Source: Desulfovibrio sp.
GTDB taxonomy: Bacteria; Bacillota; Dethiobacteria; DTU022
Assembly: GCA_020060545.1 (NCBI GenBank)
Contig: JAGUZX010000043.1
Coordinates: 21,020 to 85,019, forward strand
Reading direction: 5' to 3'
DNA length: 64,000 nt
Position numbers and translations under genes: made by a program. Position 1 is the stretch's first letter; each line of letters opens with the position of its first letter. This document shows, piece by piece, positions 18,008 through 28,338 of the stretch. Under the pieces are notes generated by a model that saw nothing but the letters and a program-made list of their open reading frames with translations, had not been told where the DNA came from and made no database searches.

Positions 18008-18250
18008 CTATTCCCGGGTTGATTCGCTCTTGTTAACCCAGAGAGCAAAAACCATGGCCAGGACGACTACCTCCCGCACCGGCTTGAAGATGTAATCCCA
18101 GATATGGGCGGCGGTGCTGATGCGCGGGTCGGGGATCAGGCCGTACTTTTCGGGACTGTCTTCCAGGACATACATCATCCCCAGCCCGTTCAACTCTTCA
18201 ATCCCGTATACGGTCGCCGCCGACCGGCCCGCGCGTTGCAGCTCCTTCAA
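18008..18250 (-). pseudogene. C-terminal fragment of a HybA-like Fe-S protein paralog
   Basis: 80-aa ORF homologous to only the last ~80 aa (including the C-terminal TM anchor …FKPVR…ALWVNKSES…) of the intact gene at 27411..28292. The N-terminal 4Fe-4S domains are absent. Confidence 0.7.
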
Positions 18251-18259
18251 CGACTCCTA

Positions 18260-18370
18260 GGTCATCGCTAGCTCCCGGGATACATCCATGATCTTCCGTC
18301 CACCCTCTTTCACCAAGCGTACCGCTTCTAACCTGAACTCCGGAGGGTACGGTGGTTTCGACTTCGGCAT
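18260..18370 (-). pseudogene. N-terminal fragment of an IS3-family transposase OrfA
   Basis: The reverse strand encodes MPKSKPPYPPEFRLEAVRLVKEGGRKIMDVSRELAMT with its own RBS (GGAGAGG). This is the typical IS3 OrfA HTH start. It ends at a TAG directly abutting the hybA-like fragment. Confidence 0.6.
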
Positions 18371-18450
18371 TAGTGAACCTCTCCTTTCAGGGATTAACCC
18401 AAGTATAAGAGTGTCCACTAAACCGGGTCAAGTCGTACCGCCCCGGTTTA

Positions 18451-19473
18451 TCAGCAAATCCTCGGCAGCGGCGTGCCGGCCAACATGCGCAGCTGCCTGG
18501 TGCCGCCCAGGCTGGTTCGCAGGTAAACGTTGCCTTTTCCCGGCTCGGCCACCCCGATAACGGCGCTCTCTTCCCCCTGGGGGTGTTCTCTTAACAGGCG
18601 TAAAACCGCATCGGCCGCTTCTTGCTTGACCACCAGCAGCGCCTTCCCTTCCGAAGCCAGGTAGTACGGGTCCACCCCCAACAGGTCGGCTACCGCTTTA
18701 ACTTTCGGCTTGATCGGGATGCTGCTTTCTTCCAAAACCAGATCTACTTTTCCGCTTGAGGCGAGCTCAATCAAAGTGGTGGCGATGCCGCCCCTGGTCG
18801 GGTCGCGCATTACCTTGATCTCCGGAAAAAGGGGTTGCAGTTTAGTAAATACGAAATTTAAGGGGGCACAGTCGCTGGTGGGGGAGTCCTGGGGGGCCAG
18901 CCCCAACCTCGCCGACAGGATCGCCGCCCCGTGGTCACCGATAGTCCCGCTGACAATCACCACGTCGGAAGGTTCGATATTCCCGGGGTGAAGATCTGCG
19001 CCGGTATGGACCAAGCCGATCCCGGTAGTGCTGATAAACAAGTTTTCGGGGCCGCCGTTGTCGGCCACCTTTGTATCCCCGGTAATGATCGGCAAACGGA
19101 GGCCGCGGGCGGTATCGGCCATGGATTGGACGACGGCCTCCAGCATCCGCCGGGGCATCCCCTCGGGCAGAATAAAGGCCGCAGAGAGCCATAGCGGTTG
19201 TGCGCCGCTGACAATAAGGTCGTTGACGGTGCCGCAAACGGCGAGCTTCCCGATATCGCCTCCCGGGAAAAAGAGGGGGGAGACGACGAACGAGTCGGTG
19301 GTCATGGCTAAACGCTGGTTATCTAAGGTCAGCACGGCTGCGTCACCGGCCTGATCAAGCCACTGATTGCTGAAAGCGGGGAAAAAAATTCTTTGCAGCA
19401 GCTCGTGGGTTAGTAAGCCGCCGTCCCCGTGGCTGGAGACGATTACTTCTTGCCTGGTGTTGCTGGTGCTCAT
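18451..19473 (-). CDS. hypE: Hydrogenase maturation factor HypE
   Basis: AIR-synthase-like fold. The C-terminus ends …PRIC (the carbamoyl/cyano-carrying Cys). ATG at MSTSN follows GGAGGAG. Confidence 0.9.
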   Translation of the reverse strand: MSTSNTRQEVIVSSHGDGGLLTHELLQRIFFPAFSNQWLDQAGDAAVLTLDNQRLAMTTDSFVVSPLFFPGGDIGKLAVCGTVNDLIVSGAQPLWLSAAFILPEGMPRRMLEAVVQSMADTARGLRLPIITGDTKVADNGGPENLFISTTGIGLVHTGADLHPGNIEPSDVVIVSGTIGDHGAAILSARLGLAPQDSPTSDCAPLNFVFTKLQPLFPEIKVMRDPTRGGIATTLIELASSGKVDLVLEESSIPIKPKVKAVADLLGVDPYYLASEGKALLVVKQEAADAVLRLLREHPQGEESAVIGVAEPGKGNVYLRTSLGGTRQLRMLAGTPLPRIC

Positions 19474-19487
19474 GGCGCTCCTCCGTG

Positions 19488-20585
19488 TTATCGCAGCATG
19501 TATTGGTAATAAGCGCTGCACGCTCCTTCCGACGAAACCATGCAGGGGCCTGCCGGGTCAGAAGGGGTGCAGCCTTTGTTGAACAGGGGGCACTCGAAGG
19601 GGGAAATTTTACCGGTTATAATATCCCCGCAGCGGCAGCGCGGGCGCGCTTCCACCGGCGGAGTGTGCAGTTCGTACCTTGTCCGCACATCGAAGGCGGC
19701 GTATCGCTCTGCCAGCCGGTAACCGCTGCTGGGGATAGGCCCCAGCCCTCTCCAGTGGGTTACCGGCTCTTCTTCAAAGCATAGATTAATTAAACGCTGG
19801 GCCGAAAGGTTGCCTTTGGCACGGACCACGTGAGAATAGGCGTTTTCCACGGCGGCCCTTTCTTCGTTAATCATCCTCAATAGCACATAGAGCCCCATTA
19901 GCAGCTCCAGGGGTTCAAACCCGGCGACAACTGCTGGAATACCGAACCGGCCGACAAAGTGAAACGCTTCGCTACCCAGCACCGTTGAAACATGGCCGGG
20001 CAGAATTAGTCCGTCCAGGTCACACCCTCCGTCTTGTAATAAGGCGAGCAGGGCCGGGGGGACCATTTTCAAGGCGGGGTATAGGTAAAAGTTGCTCAAC
20101 CCTGCTTCCGCCGCCTGTAGTAGGGTCGCGGCGATAGTGGGGGCCGTGGTTTCGAAGCCGATAGACAACAAGATTACGTTGTAACTTGGGTTTTGAGCTG
20201 CCAGGTCGACCGCTTCCAGCGGTGAATAGCATATGTGAACCTTGGCCCCCCTGGCTTTTTCCGTTTCCAAGGTGGTGAAAGTGCCGGGCACCCTCAACAT
20301 GTCGCCAAACGTAACGATGAGGGTGTCTTTCAGCTTAGCCAGGGCGAACATCCGGTCAAGGTCTTGTTGGTGGGTTACGCAAACCGGGCAGCCGGGGCCG
20401 CTTCTTAAATCCAAGTAGCTTCCGACCAGGCTGGTAATCCCTGAGCGGGCAAAAGAGACGGTGTGGGTGCCGCACACTTCCATGATCTTAACTTTGCGGC
20501 GTTTTTGTTCTTGTGCCCTTTGCCCGAGGGAATCTACTTTTCTTAACAGCGCTTTTAACAACCCGTCGTCTATTCTGTCCATCAA
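19488..20585 (-). CDS. hypD: Hydrogenase maturation factor HypD
   Basis: CGTH and GPGCPVC motifs. 365 aa. Confidence 0.9.
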   Translation of the reverse strand: MMDRIDDGLLKALLRKVDSLGQRAQEQKRRKVKIMEVCGTHTVSFARSGITSLVGSYLDLRSGPGCPVCVTHQQDLDRMFALAKLKDTLIVTFGDMLRVPGTFTTLETEKARGAKVHICYSPLEAVDLAAQNPSYNVILLSIGFETTAPTIAATLLQAAEAGLSNFYLYPALKMVPPALLALLQDGGCDLDGLILPGHVSTVLGSEAFHFVGRFGIPAVVAGFEPLELLMGLYVLLRMINEERAAVENAYSHVVRAKGNLSAQRLINLCFEEEPVTHWRGLGPIPSSGYRLAERYAAFDVRTRYELHTPPVEARPRCRCGDIITGKISPFECPLFNKGCTPSDPAGPCMVSSEGACSAYYQYMLR

Positions 20586-20806
20586 GCCGGCTCCTCCAGG
20601 ATGCTTTTCAGCAGCCGAATGCGCGCTTCTGCTTCCGAAGGGTCGATTATCTCCATGGCGAACCCTGCGTGCACCAAAACATAATCTCCCTCTTTTGCCT
20701 CGGGAACCAACCGGAGGTTAATGGCGCGCTCTACGCCCATGGTTTCGGCATAGGCTTTAAACCCGCCTTCGATTTTATTGATCTTCATCAAAACTCCCAG
20801 GCACAT
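20582..20806 (-). CDS. hypC: Hydrogenase maturation factor HypC
   Basis: N-terminal MCL…, 74 aa. Confidence 0.85.
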   Translation of the reverse strand: MCLGVLMKINKIEGGFKAYAETMGVERAINLRLVPEAKEGDYVLVHAGFAMEIIDPSEAEARIRLLKSILEEPA

Positions 20807-23111
20807 CTTCTTTCCACCTCTTGTACGCGATAAGCGCTTGACCGAGAGATACCCCCCCGTCGTTGGTAGGCACCTGCCGGTGCAGCAGCACCTTCATTTT
20901 TTGCTCCCCCAAAATGCGCTTTACTTTCAGGGTTAAGTAGGGATTAAGCCACGTTCCGCCGGACAAGGCGACGGTATTTAACCCCGTCCGTTCAGAGGCC
21001 GCTTTAATTGCTTCGGTGATCGCCTTGATCATTGTATCATGGAACCGGCGGGCCACCAAGGCTAGCTCCTTCCCTTGGGCGGCCTCTTCGAGCATGGCCG
21101 GGAACACGGGCGAAAAATCGATTTCTTTTCCGTGGATGGTGAAAGGGTATGGGTCAAGGGGCTTGCTTACGTCGTTTAAATCGATCATTTCTCCCAGCTC
21201 AATGGCGGCCTGCCCCTCGTAGGTATTTTGATAACATACACCTACGGCTGCCGCCGCAGCATCGAACAGGCGTCCGCAGCTGGAAGTTGGCACAACATTA
21301 ATACCCGCCGCAAGTTGCCTGCAGACGATATCGACCTCATGGCGGAAGTGCGTTTCTAAAAGGCTTCTGCCGGCGGACAGCCCGGCCTCGCCGGAACATT
21401 GATAGAGGTAGCTGAGGGCCATGCGCCAAGGCCACCTTACCGCAGCTTCCCCCCCCGGCATAGGAGTGTATTTTTGGTGGAAGTGCCGGGTAAAGGAAAG
21501 GGCATCGCCGCTGATTATTTCGAACCCCCAGACGGCGCCGTCAAGCCCGTAACCTGTCCCGTCGAGGACGGCGCCGATAGCCTTGCCGCGGTAGCCGTTG
21601 TCTCCCAGGCAGGAGGCAAAATGGGCGTGATGGTGGGAAACACCGTAGCGTTTGACGGCTGGAAGGCTCTTCGCTATGGATGAAACATGGTAGTCAGGGT
21701 GCAGGTCGTAACCGATAACCTCTACCTTAAGATCAAACAGGTGTTTAAAGGAAGTCAGGCTTTCGAAGTAAAACCGCTCGGCTTCAAGGGTGCCCATTTC
21801 TCCCAGGTGCTGACTTAAATAAGCTTTGTTCCCTTTAATGAGGCAGAAGGTGCTTTTCATTTCGGCTCCCGCGCCCAGTACGGTGAGCTGGGCCTGGAAC
21901 GGCAGATCAATCGGCTGGGGGGCAAAACCGCGCGAGCGGCGGTAGAGCTGGGTTTCCCCCTCCAACACCCTGGCCACCGAATCGTCGCACCTTTGGACTA
22001 TTGGCCGGTTGTGCACCAGGTAATAGTCGGCGACATCATTTAACCGATCTAACGCTTCCCCGTTGTCTTTAATAATCGGCAGGTCCGTGGGGTTGGCGCT
22101 GGTCAGGATCATCACATCAAAAGGCCCTTGCAACAGCATGTGGTGCAGCGGTGTATACGGGAGCATTACACCCAGGGTTGAAAGGTGCGGGTTGATGTTT
22201 TTCGGCAAAGGAGCCCCGGGTTTAACCTCCAGCAGCACGATGGGGGAGGAGGGGGAAGCGAGCAAAGCGGCCTCTTGATCGTTTACCCGGCAGTACCGGG
22301 CCGCTGTTTCCAAGTCTCGGCACATTACGGCGAAAGGTTTGTACGGCCTGTTTTTTTTGGCCCTGATCATTTCAACTACCTTCTCTGACGCAATACAAGC
22401 GAGGTGGTAGCCGCCCAGGCCCTTTACAGCAAAAATGTGGCCGCGGCGCATTTTGTCGTAGAAGAAGCTCAACCAGCTTTTTTCGCCGGCTTTAACTGCA
22501 CCGCTGGAGTCAGTAATTTGAACACGAGGCCCGCACGAAGGGCAGGCGATAGGTTGGGCATGAAAGCGGCGGTCGGCCGGGTCGTTATATTCCGCCAGGC
22601 ACGCTGGGCACGGCGGGAATGCTTTCATCGATGTACTGGAGCGGTCGTAAGGGATATCTTCGATAATGGTGAAACGGGGGCCGCAATTAGTGCAGTTGGT
22701 AAACGGGTACATATAATAACGGTGGCCGGGGGAGCGGACCTCGGCCAAGCAGCCGTTACAGGTAGCGATGTCCGGAGGCACCAGGACCCCTTTTTCCTGG
22801 CGGCTTCTGCTTAGGTCAATGTTAAACTGGCTGTAATTACGCACCGGTTGAGGGGTTTGAAGGACCGAATCTATTTTGGCTAAGGGGGGCGGGTTTTGCA
22901 CCAGGCGGCGGCAAAACAGGTTGATTTGGTCCGGCTCCCCTTCTATTTCCAGCACTACGCCGTCACCCTCGTTCCTTACCCAACCGTAAAGGGCGCACTC
23001 CTGGGCCAGCTTGTACACATAAGGCCTGAACCCGACCCCCTGAACGACCCCTTTAATCTTTAAGGCTAGGCAGATCTTTTTCTCTGTAGTAGCTTTTCCA
23101 GCCATTTGCAC
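20775..23111 (-). CDS. hypF: Carbamoyltransferase HypF
   Basis: Acylphosphatase domain (VQGVGFRP), two Zn-finger pairs (CxxC), YrdC-like and Kae1-like domains. 778 aa. Confidence 0.9.
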   Translation of the reverse strand: MQMAGKATTEKKICLALKIKGVVQGVGFRPYVYKLAQECALYGWVRNEGDGVVLEIEGEPDQINLFCRRLVQNPPPLAKIDSVLQTPQPVRNYSQFNIDLSRSRQEKGVLVPPDIATCNGCLAEVRSPGHRYYMYPFTNCTNCGPRFTIIEDIPYDRSSTSMKAFPPCPACLAEYNDPADRRFHAQPIACPSCGPRVQITDSSGAVKAGEKSWLSFFYDKMRRGHIFAVKGLGGYHLACIASEKVVEMIRAKKNRPYKPFAVMCRDLETAARYCRVNDQEAALLASPSSPIVLLEVKPGAPLPKNINPHLSTLGVMLPYTPLHHMLLQGPFDVMILTSANPTDLPIIKDNGEALDRLNDVADYYLVHNRPIVQRCDDSVARVLEGETQLYRRSRGFAPQPIDLPFQAQLTVLGAGAEMKSTFCLIKGNKAYLSQHLGEMGTLEAERFYFESLTSFKHLFDLKVEVIGYDLHPDYHVSSIAKSLPAVKRYGVSHHHAHFASCLGDNGYRGKAIGAVLDGTGYGLDGAVWGFEIISGDALSFTRHFHQKYTPMPGGEAAVRWPWRMALSYLYQCSGEAGLSAGRSLLETHFRHEVDIVCRQLAAGINVVPTSSCGRLFDAAAAAVGVCYQNTYEGQAAIELGEMIDLNDVSKPLDPYPFTIHGKEIDFSPVFPAMLEEAAQGKELALVARRFHDTMIKAITEAIKAASERTGLNTVALSGGTWLNPYLTLKVKRILGEQKMKVLLHRQVPTNDGGVSLGQALIAYKRWKEDVPGSFDEDQ

Positions 23112-23722
23112 CAGTCGCCGAGCCCCTCCCCGGTTTTAGTGGAGACAGTAAATAAGGCGAGGTTTTCGTTAATTTTTCTGAGGTCTTCGTTCAATTGATT
23201 CAAATTAAAGTCACAGTACGGCAGAAGGTCCGTTTTGGTGACTACCGCTGCGTCGGCGACCTTAAACGCCAGAGGGTATTTTCTCGGCTTATCGTTGCCC
23301 TCGGTTACGCTGAGCAGAACTACCCGAATATCTTCGCCCAGGTCAAATTCGGCGGGGCATACCAGGTTGCCGATGTTTTCAATAAACAGTAGTTCAGCGG
23401 AGAGTAAATTTTCCTGCGCCAGCAGATGGCCGATATATCCCGCCTCCAGGTGACAAGATCCCTCTGTGTTAATTTGCACAATTTGGTTACACCATGAAGA
23501 CAATCTGCGGGCGTCTTCGTCGGTGTAAAGGTCGCCTTCGATTACCGCAGTACGGTACCCTGATAGTTTTTTTAGGGTGTGCTCCAAAAGGGCTGTTTTC
23601 CCCGAACCGGGCGAGCCGATTAGGTTGACCATTAGGACTCCGCTTGCTCTTAACAGGCTGCGGTTTTCACCGGCGTTGTTTTGGTTAGCTTCAAGCAGCT
23701 CTTTGGCCAAATATACTCTCAT
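23066..23722 (-). CDS. hypB: Hydrogenase nickel-incorporation GTPase HypB
   Basis: P-loop GSPGSGKT and CH motif. Confidence 0.9.
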   Translation of the reverse strand: MRVYLAKELLEANQNNAGENRSLLRASGVLMVNLIGSPGSGKTALLEHTLKKLSGYRTAVIEGDLYTDEDARRLSSWCNQIVQINTEGSCHLEAGYIGHLLAQENLLSAELLFIENIGNLVCPAEFDLGEDIRVVLLSVTEGNDKPRKYPLAFKVADAAVVTKTDLLPYCDFNLNQLNEDLRKINENLALFTVSTKTGEGLGDWCKWLEKLLQRKRSA

Positions 23723-23726
23723 ATGG

Positions 23727-24068
23727 CTATTCTCCCTCGTAGTAGTCGATATAAACCTTTCTCCCCTCTTCTATACTGGAGGCAGGCTTGCCGCAAGCGG
23801 GGCAGCAGAAAAAAGGAGGGGCGAGGCGAAATTCCCGGGAGCAGGCCCGGCATTTTTCTCGTGCTTCCCGGACAGACACTTCAAAATTCGCCTCCGAAAG
23901 TACGGTCCCCTTAACCAGGTTTCCCAGGGCGAACATAAGGGCGCGGTTGCTAGCCGAAGACAGTTCGCCGGCAATCAAACGTACTCGTGTAATCTTTTTA
24001 ATGTTTTTTTGCCGTGCGTCTTCCAATATAATTTGGACGATTGAATAAGCTAAAGACAGTTCATGCAT
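23727..24068 (-). CDS. hypA: Hydrogenase nickel-incorporation protein HypA
   Basis: MHE start and two CxxC pairs. 113 aa. Confidence 0.9.
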   Translation of the reverse strand: MHELSLAYSIVQIILEDARQKNIKKITRVRLIAGELSSASNRALMFALGNLVKGTVLSEANFEVSVREAREKCRACSREFRLAPPFFCCPACGKPASSIEEGRKVYIDYYEGE

Positions 24069-24562
24069 GTTTTTAAATATAAACCAATTTCCTCTTTAAG
24101 CCTACTTTCGATAAATCCCAGCTGTTCCGAGAGCTCTTCGCTCAAGCCGATCCCCGCGTCAATCCTTTTGATCTGGATTCCGATAATGACCACGTTTTCC
24201 GGCAAAGTGCCCAGCAAATCGGCATGCTGCAGAAGCTGTAACGGGCCTGCTTGGTGACCGGAAAGGTTCTTTCTTAAGTGAAATCTCTCCAGGTCCTCCA
24301 GGGAAAATTTAAAGATACTGCCGGGCGCAGACGCCAGATCTACGGAGTCCAGGATCATCAAATCGGAGTAATCCTGGAACAAGTAGAGCAGCCCCAGCCC
24401 GATGGTCCCTCCGTTAATGATATCGGCATGATTACTTTGATAGCTAGACGCCAGCCTTTCCGCCATCACGGCCCCGATCCCGTCATCGCCGCACAGCCAG
24501 TTTCCGATACCGAGTACGAGCAGTTTTCTGTTAGAGCATGGTTTAAGCTGTCGCAACAGCAT
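24050..24562 (-). CDS. Hydrogenase maturation endopeptidase (HybD/HyaD family)
   Basis: LVLGIGNWLCGDDGIG signature. Confidence 0.85.
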   Translation of the reverse strand: MLLRQLKPCSNRKLLVLGIGNWLCGDDGIGAVMAERLASSYQSNHADIINGGTIGLGLLYLFQDYSDLMILDSVDLASAPGSIFKFSLEDLERFHLRKNLSGHQAGPLQLLQHADLLGTLPENVVIIGIQIKRIDAGIGLSEELSEQLGFIESRLKEEIGLYLKTCMNCL

Positions 24563-24637
24563 TCCTCCTGTTAAAGGGGATCCAAAAGTAGATGGTAGGC
24601 TGCCCCGGTTTCTTCATCCGGGGCAGCCCGATCCCTT

Positions 24638-26230
24638 TTAAAAAACAGGGTAAAGCGGTACAAATTTCTTGCCTTTGGGGTGGATGATGTGAATGGCGCA
24701 AGCCAGGCACGGATCGAAAGAGCGGATTATCCGCACGATATTGAGCGGGTTGTCCAGGTCGGGCACCGGAGCGCCGATCAAGGCTTCTTCGATGGGACCG
24801 CGCTGCCCCTGCTTGTCTTGCGGCGAGGCGTTCCACGTCGTGGGCACGACCATCTGGTACTGTTTGACTTTCTTTCCCGAGATGCGGATCCAATGGCCCA
24901 GGGCTCCCCGAGGCGCTTCGTTAAGCCCAGCTCCGGCCCCTTCGAAGGGAGGCTCCCAGTGATCGGTGTCGTGGATTAACGCGTTACCCGCGGAGCCGTA
25001 CACGCCTGTTTCCCCTATTAACTGGGTAAGCTCATTTGCCCACTTCGTTACCGCAGCGGCCATTGCCAGGGCGTCTACCGCCCTGGCAGCGTGGCGCATG
25101 ACCACTCCGGGGCGCTTGATATTATATTCTCTCATCAGCCTCATGAAGGTTTCATTTTTCATAATCAGCACTCTGGCCAGGGGGCCTACCTCCATCGGCT
25201 TACCCTGGTAGCGGGGCGCCTTAACGAAACTATAACCCTCTTTTTTGTCCAGGTCGACGACCGTTTCTCTTTCGGAGGGGTGGCCGGGCCGCGGTTCGTT
25301 TTTATACCATGAAAAGTCAACCTGCTCCCTGATTTCCGCCGGGTTAAACGGCTGGATGTGGTCAAAGTCATTATCGAAGATGACCCCGCTGGGGAAAAGG
25401 TAATTGGTGCCGCTGCCGTCCAGCGGGTACCCGCCGTAGCTCAGGTAATGGCCGGCGGTTGCGCCGACGGACGCTTTTTCCAGGGGAAGCAGCGGTCCGG
25501 TGGCCAGCAGCAGGGCGTCGGGAATATAAACGTTTCTTACAAAATCTATTACTTCGTTGATAATGCGTATAAACTGCTGAACCTGCCCCAAGGTAGGGTA
25601 ACAGGTCACCCCCCCTACAACCATACTGGAGTGGTGGGGCTGCTTGCCGGCAAATATGGCCGAAGCTTTTCTACCTTTGGCTTGGATTTCCAGAGCACGG
25701 AGGTAGTGATATACTAGTTCTGTTACCAGTTCAGGATCTTTAACGCAAAAATCATCGGGCTTGTAGCTGGGCAAGACAGGGTACAGGTCGCCGGCGTCGG
25801 CTAGAGCTTTAATTTTATCCTTGACCGCAACCAGTTCAGAGACGCTGCCTTGATAATTGAGCACCGCCGTAGGGTCAATGTAGTCCAGGGCGGCGAGGTG
25901 ATAAAAGTGCAGCACATGGTCATGCAGCCACATGGCGCCCATCATCAAGTTCCGCAGCACCCGGCCCATTTCGGGGACGGTAGCCCCGTGGGCTTCTTCA
26001 ATGGCCAGGCAAGAGGCCCAGCCGTGCACGCCGGCGCACACGCCGCAGACCCGTTCGGTGACGTAAGGCACATCCCTGGGGTCCTTGCCCAATACGATCT
26101 GCTCTAAGCCGCGAAACATGGTTCCGATGCACCTGGCGTCGAACGCTACCCCGTTTTCCACGGTGACTTCGACTTTTAAATGCCCCTCGATCCTGGTTAC
26201 GGGGTCGACGACAATTTTATTCGCCATCAT
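24638..26230 (-). CDS. [NiFe] hydrogenase large subunit
   Basis: N-terminal RIEGH…RVCGVCAGVHG (L1 CxxC) and C-terminal DPCLACAIH with the protease-cleaved extension. 530 aa. Confidence 0.92.
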   Translation of the reverse strand: MMANKIVVDPVTRIEGHLKVEVTVENGVAFDARCIGTMFRGLEQIVLGKDPRDVPYVTERVCGVCAGVHGWASCLAIEEAHGATVPEMGRVLRNLMMGAMWLHDHVLHFYHLAALDYIDPTAVLNYQGSVSELVAVKDKIKALADAGDLYPVLPSYKPDDFCVKDPELVTELVYHYLRALEIQAKGRKASAIFAGKQPHHSSMVVGGVTCYPTLGQVQQFIRIINEVIDFVRNVYIPDALLLATGPLLPLEKASVGATAGHYLSYGGYPLDGSGTNYLFPSGVIFDNDFDHIQPFNPAEIREQVDFSWYKNEPRPGHPSERETVVDLDKKEGYSFVKAPRYQGKPMEVGPLARVLIMKNETFMRLMREYNIKRPGVVMRHAARAVDALAMAAAVTKWANELTQLIGETGVYGSAGNALIHDTDHWEPPFEGAGAGLNEAPRGALGHWIRISGKKVKQYQMVVPTTWNASPQDKQGQRGPIEEALIGAPVPDLDNPLNIVRIIRSFDPCLACAIHIIHPKGKKFVPLYPVF

Positions 26231-27326
26231 GCGACACTCCTTCCTTTTTCTTCTTTAGCAAATCTGCTACTTTGTTTATTACAAAAGGTGCTGCGGCAAT
26301 TCCCGCCCCCAGGGCCACAGATCCGGCGTGAATTCCTCTCGCTCTTTGGGCAACAGGCATCGCCTCATCTTCTCGGCCGGGGGGAAGCGGCGACACGTAG
26401 AGAGGAGCCAGATCTTTGTAGAACTGGGGCTGTGTGCACCCGGCACACGGTGAGCCCGCCCTGATGCAGGTGCTGACTCCGTCGTTCCACCAGATGCGGT
26501 TGCAATCGGCGTAGGTTACCGGGCCTTTGCAGCCCATCTTGAGCAGGCACCAGTCCACTGTAGCGGGGTTGTTCCAGTCCTCCAAGAACTGGCCCCGCTC
26601 GAAGTAAGATGCCCGGGGGCAGGTATCGTGGACGAAGTGGCTGCCGAAATAGGCAAGAGGCCGGTTATCGCTGTCTAGCGGGGGCAGCTCGTTAAAGCTC
26701 AAGTAATACAGCAGGGTCCCGGCGAGCCAGTCCGGCTTTAACGGGCAGCCTGGGATGTTGACAACGGGCTTTCCGGACACGATTTCAGACACACCTTTCG
26801 CCCCGGTAAACCCGGCCCGGGGGATCCCTCCGTAGGCGGCGCAAGACCCTGCGGCGATTACCGCATCGGCGTTCTTCGAGGCTTTGAGGACTATTTCGTC
26901 AAACGGTAACCCCTCCACGACGCAGTAGCGGGGATCCCTGGTCGGGATCGACCCTTCCACGACCAGCAGGTAACCGCCTTCTTTCACCGTATCCTCCAAG
27001 GCTTTAATGCTAAGGTGCCCCGCTGCGTTCATTACCGTGCTGTTAAACCGCATCGACACCAAGTCTAACAGCACTTCGCCAGGACCAGGGTTCAGTGATG
27101 AAAGCAAGGAGCAGCTGCAACCGGTGCAGCCTTGCCCCTGGATCCAGATTACCGGCTTTTTGTTCAAGGCGGTCGTAGCTGCTTCCGCAAATAAGCCGCC
27201 GAAGTAGTAATCCAAGCCCAGCGCCACCGCTGTTGCGGCGCAGTACTTGATAAAGGTGCGCCTGGGGATACCCTTCAACTCCATTTTTAGCAGGCCTGTT
27301 TCCATGATTGAGTCCCGATCTTTCAT
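26217..27326 (-). CDS. [NiFe] hydrogenase small subunit with Tat signal
   Basis: Twin-arginine leader (GIPRRTFIKYCAATAVALG). Fe-S cluster Cys ligands (CTGCSCS, GCPL…). 369 aa. Confidence 0.9.
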   Translation of the reverse strand: MKDRDSIMETGLLKMELKGIPRRTFIKYCAATAVALGLDYYFGGLFAEAATTALNKKPVIWIQGQGCTGCSCSLLSSLNPGPGEVLLDLVSMRFNSTVMNAAGHLSIKALEDTVKEGGYLLVVEGSIPTRDPRYCVVEGLPFDEIVLKASKNADAVIAAGSCAAYGGIPRAGFTGAKGVSEIVSGKPVVNIPGCPLKPDWLAGTLLYYLSFNELPPLDSDNRPLAYFGSHFVHDTCPRASYFERGQFLEDWNNPATVDWCLLKMGCKGPVTYADCNRIWWNDGVSTCIRAGSPCAGCTQPQFYKDLAPLYVSPLPPGREDEAMPVAQRARGIHAGSVALGAGIAAAPFVINKVADLLKKKKEGVSHDGE

Positions 27327-27410
27327 CCTTTCTTTACCTCCTCCATTAATTCAAGGTGCTGTTGGCTCTGCTTCAGCCGCATTAATTATTAACAAGGCAA
27401 ATTAAGCATG

Positions 27411-28292
27411 TTATTCTGCATGTTTTGACTCCGATTTATTCACCCACAAGGCGAACGCCAGAACCATGACCAGAAAAGCGCGGACCGGTTTAAACACATA
27501 GCTCCATACCTGAGCTGAAGCAGGAACTCGCGGGTTTTCCGGCAGCCCGTACTTCGATTGGCTGTCTTCTTTCCCCTCACTAAGGACATAAACCATTTGG
27601 AGCCCTTCCAGTTCTGATAGCCCGTACAGCTCAACATTTTTATTTCCGTTCTTTTTTAGCTCCTCCACCCTGGCGCTGGCCAAGTTGAGAATATCGCTTC
27701 GGTCGCCGAACGTCAGCGCCCCGGTGGGGCAGCTGTGGGCGCACGCAGGGGCTAACCCTTTGGCGAGGCGGTCGGAGCATAGGGTGCACTTTCTGGCTAT
27801 GTTGCGCGAATGGTCAAAGCCGACCACATTGAAGGTGCAGTTGGCAATGCAGTAATTGCAGCCGATACATTTCTTCTCGTCAATGACCACAGCGCCGAAT
27901 ACATTATGAGTAATTGCGTTGGCCGGGCAGACAATAACACAGGCGGCGTTGCGGCAGTGCATGCAGCTTTGCCTGGTGTAGATCCATTTTTCGCTTTCAC
28001 TGCCTTCCGCACCGTTGATATATTGTTTAAAAACAATGTTTATCCAGTTAATAGCGGAAAAACGGGGGCTGCCGTTGTCTGTCTTGGAAAACTTGTATTC
28101 TTCTACCGGCAGCCGGTTCCACTGTTTGCAGGCTTGCACGCAAACCCGGCAGCCGGTGCATTTGGAAATATCAATCAGGATGGATTTTTCCTGGCCGGCT
28201 GATACAGCATTTACCACCCCGGCTCCTGAAATAGCTGCCGCAGCGGCTGCTGCACCGGTAAGCTTGATAAAAGTACGCCGTGGAAGCTTCAT
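27411..28292 (-). CDS. HybA/FdnH-like periplasmic 4x[4Fe-4S] electron-transfer subunit with Tat signal and C-terminal TM anchor
   Basis: MKLPRRTFIKL Tat motif. Four CxxCxxCxxxCP ferredoxin motifs. C-terminal helix FKPVRAFLVMVLAFALW. Confidence 0.85.
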   Translation of the reverse strand: MKLPRRTFIKLTGAAAAAAAISGAGVVNAVSAGQEKSILIDISKCTGCRVCVQACKQWNRLPVEEYKFSKTDNGSPRFSAINWINIVFKQYINGAEGSESEKWIYTRQSCMHCRNAACVIVCPANAITHNVFGAVVIDEKKCIGCNYCIANCTFNVVGFDHSRNIARKCTLCSDRLAKGLAPACAHSCPTGALTFGDRSDILNLASARVEELKKNGNKNVELYGLSELEGLQMVYVLSEGKEDSQSKYGLPENPRVPASAQVWSYVFKPVRAFLVMVLAFALWVNKSESKHAE

Positions 28293-28338
28293 AGTCTATA
28301 ATCACCCCCAAAATATTTACTGGGCATCCGGGTAATCA

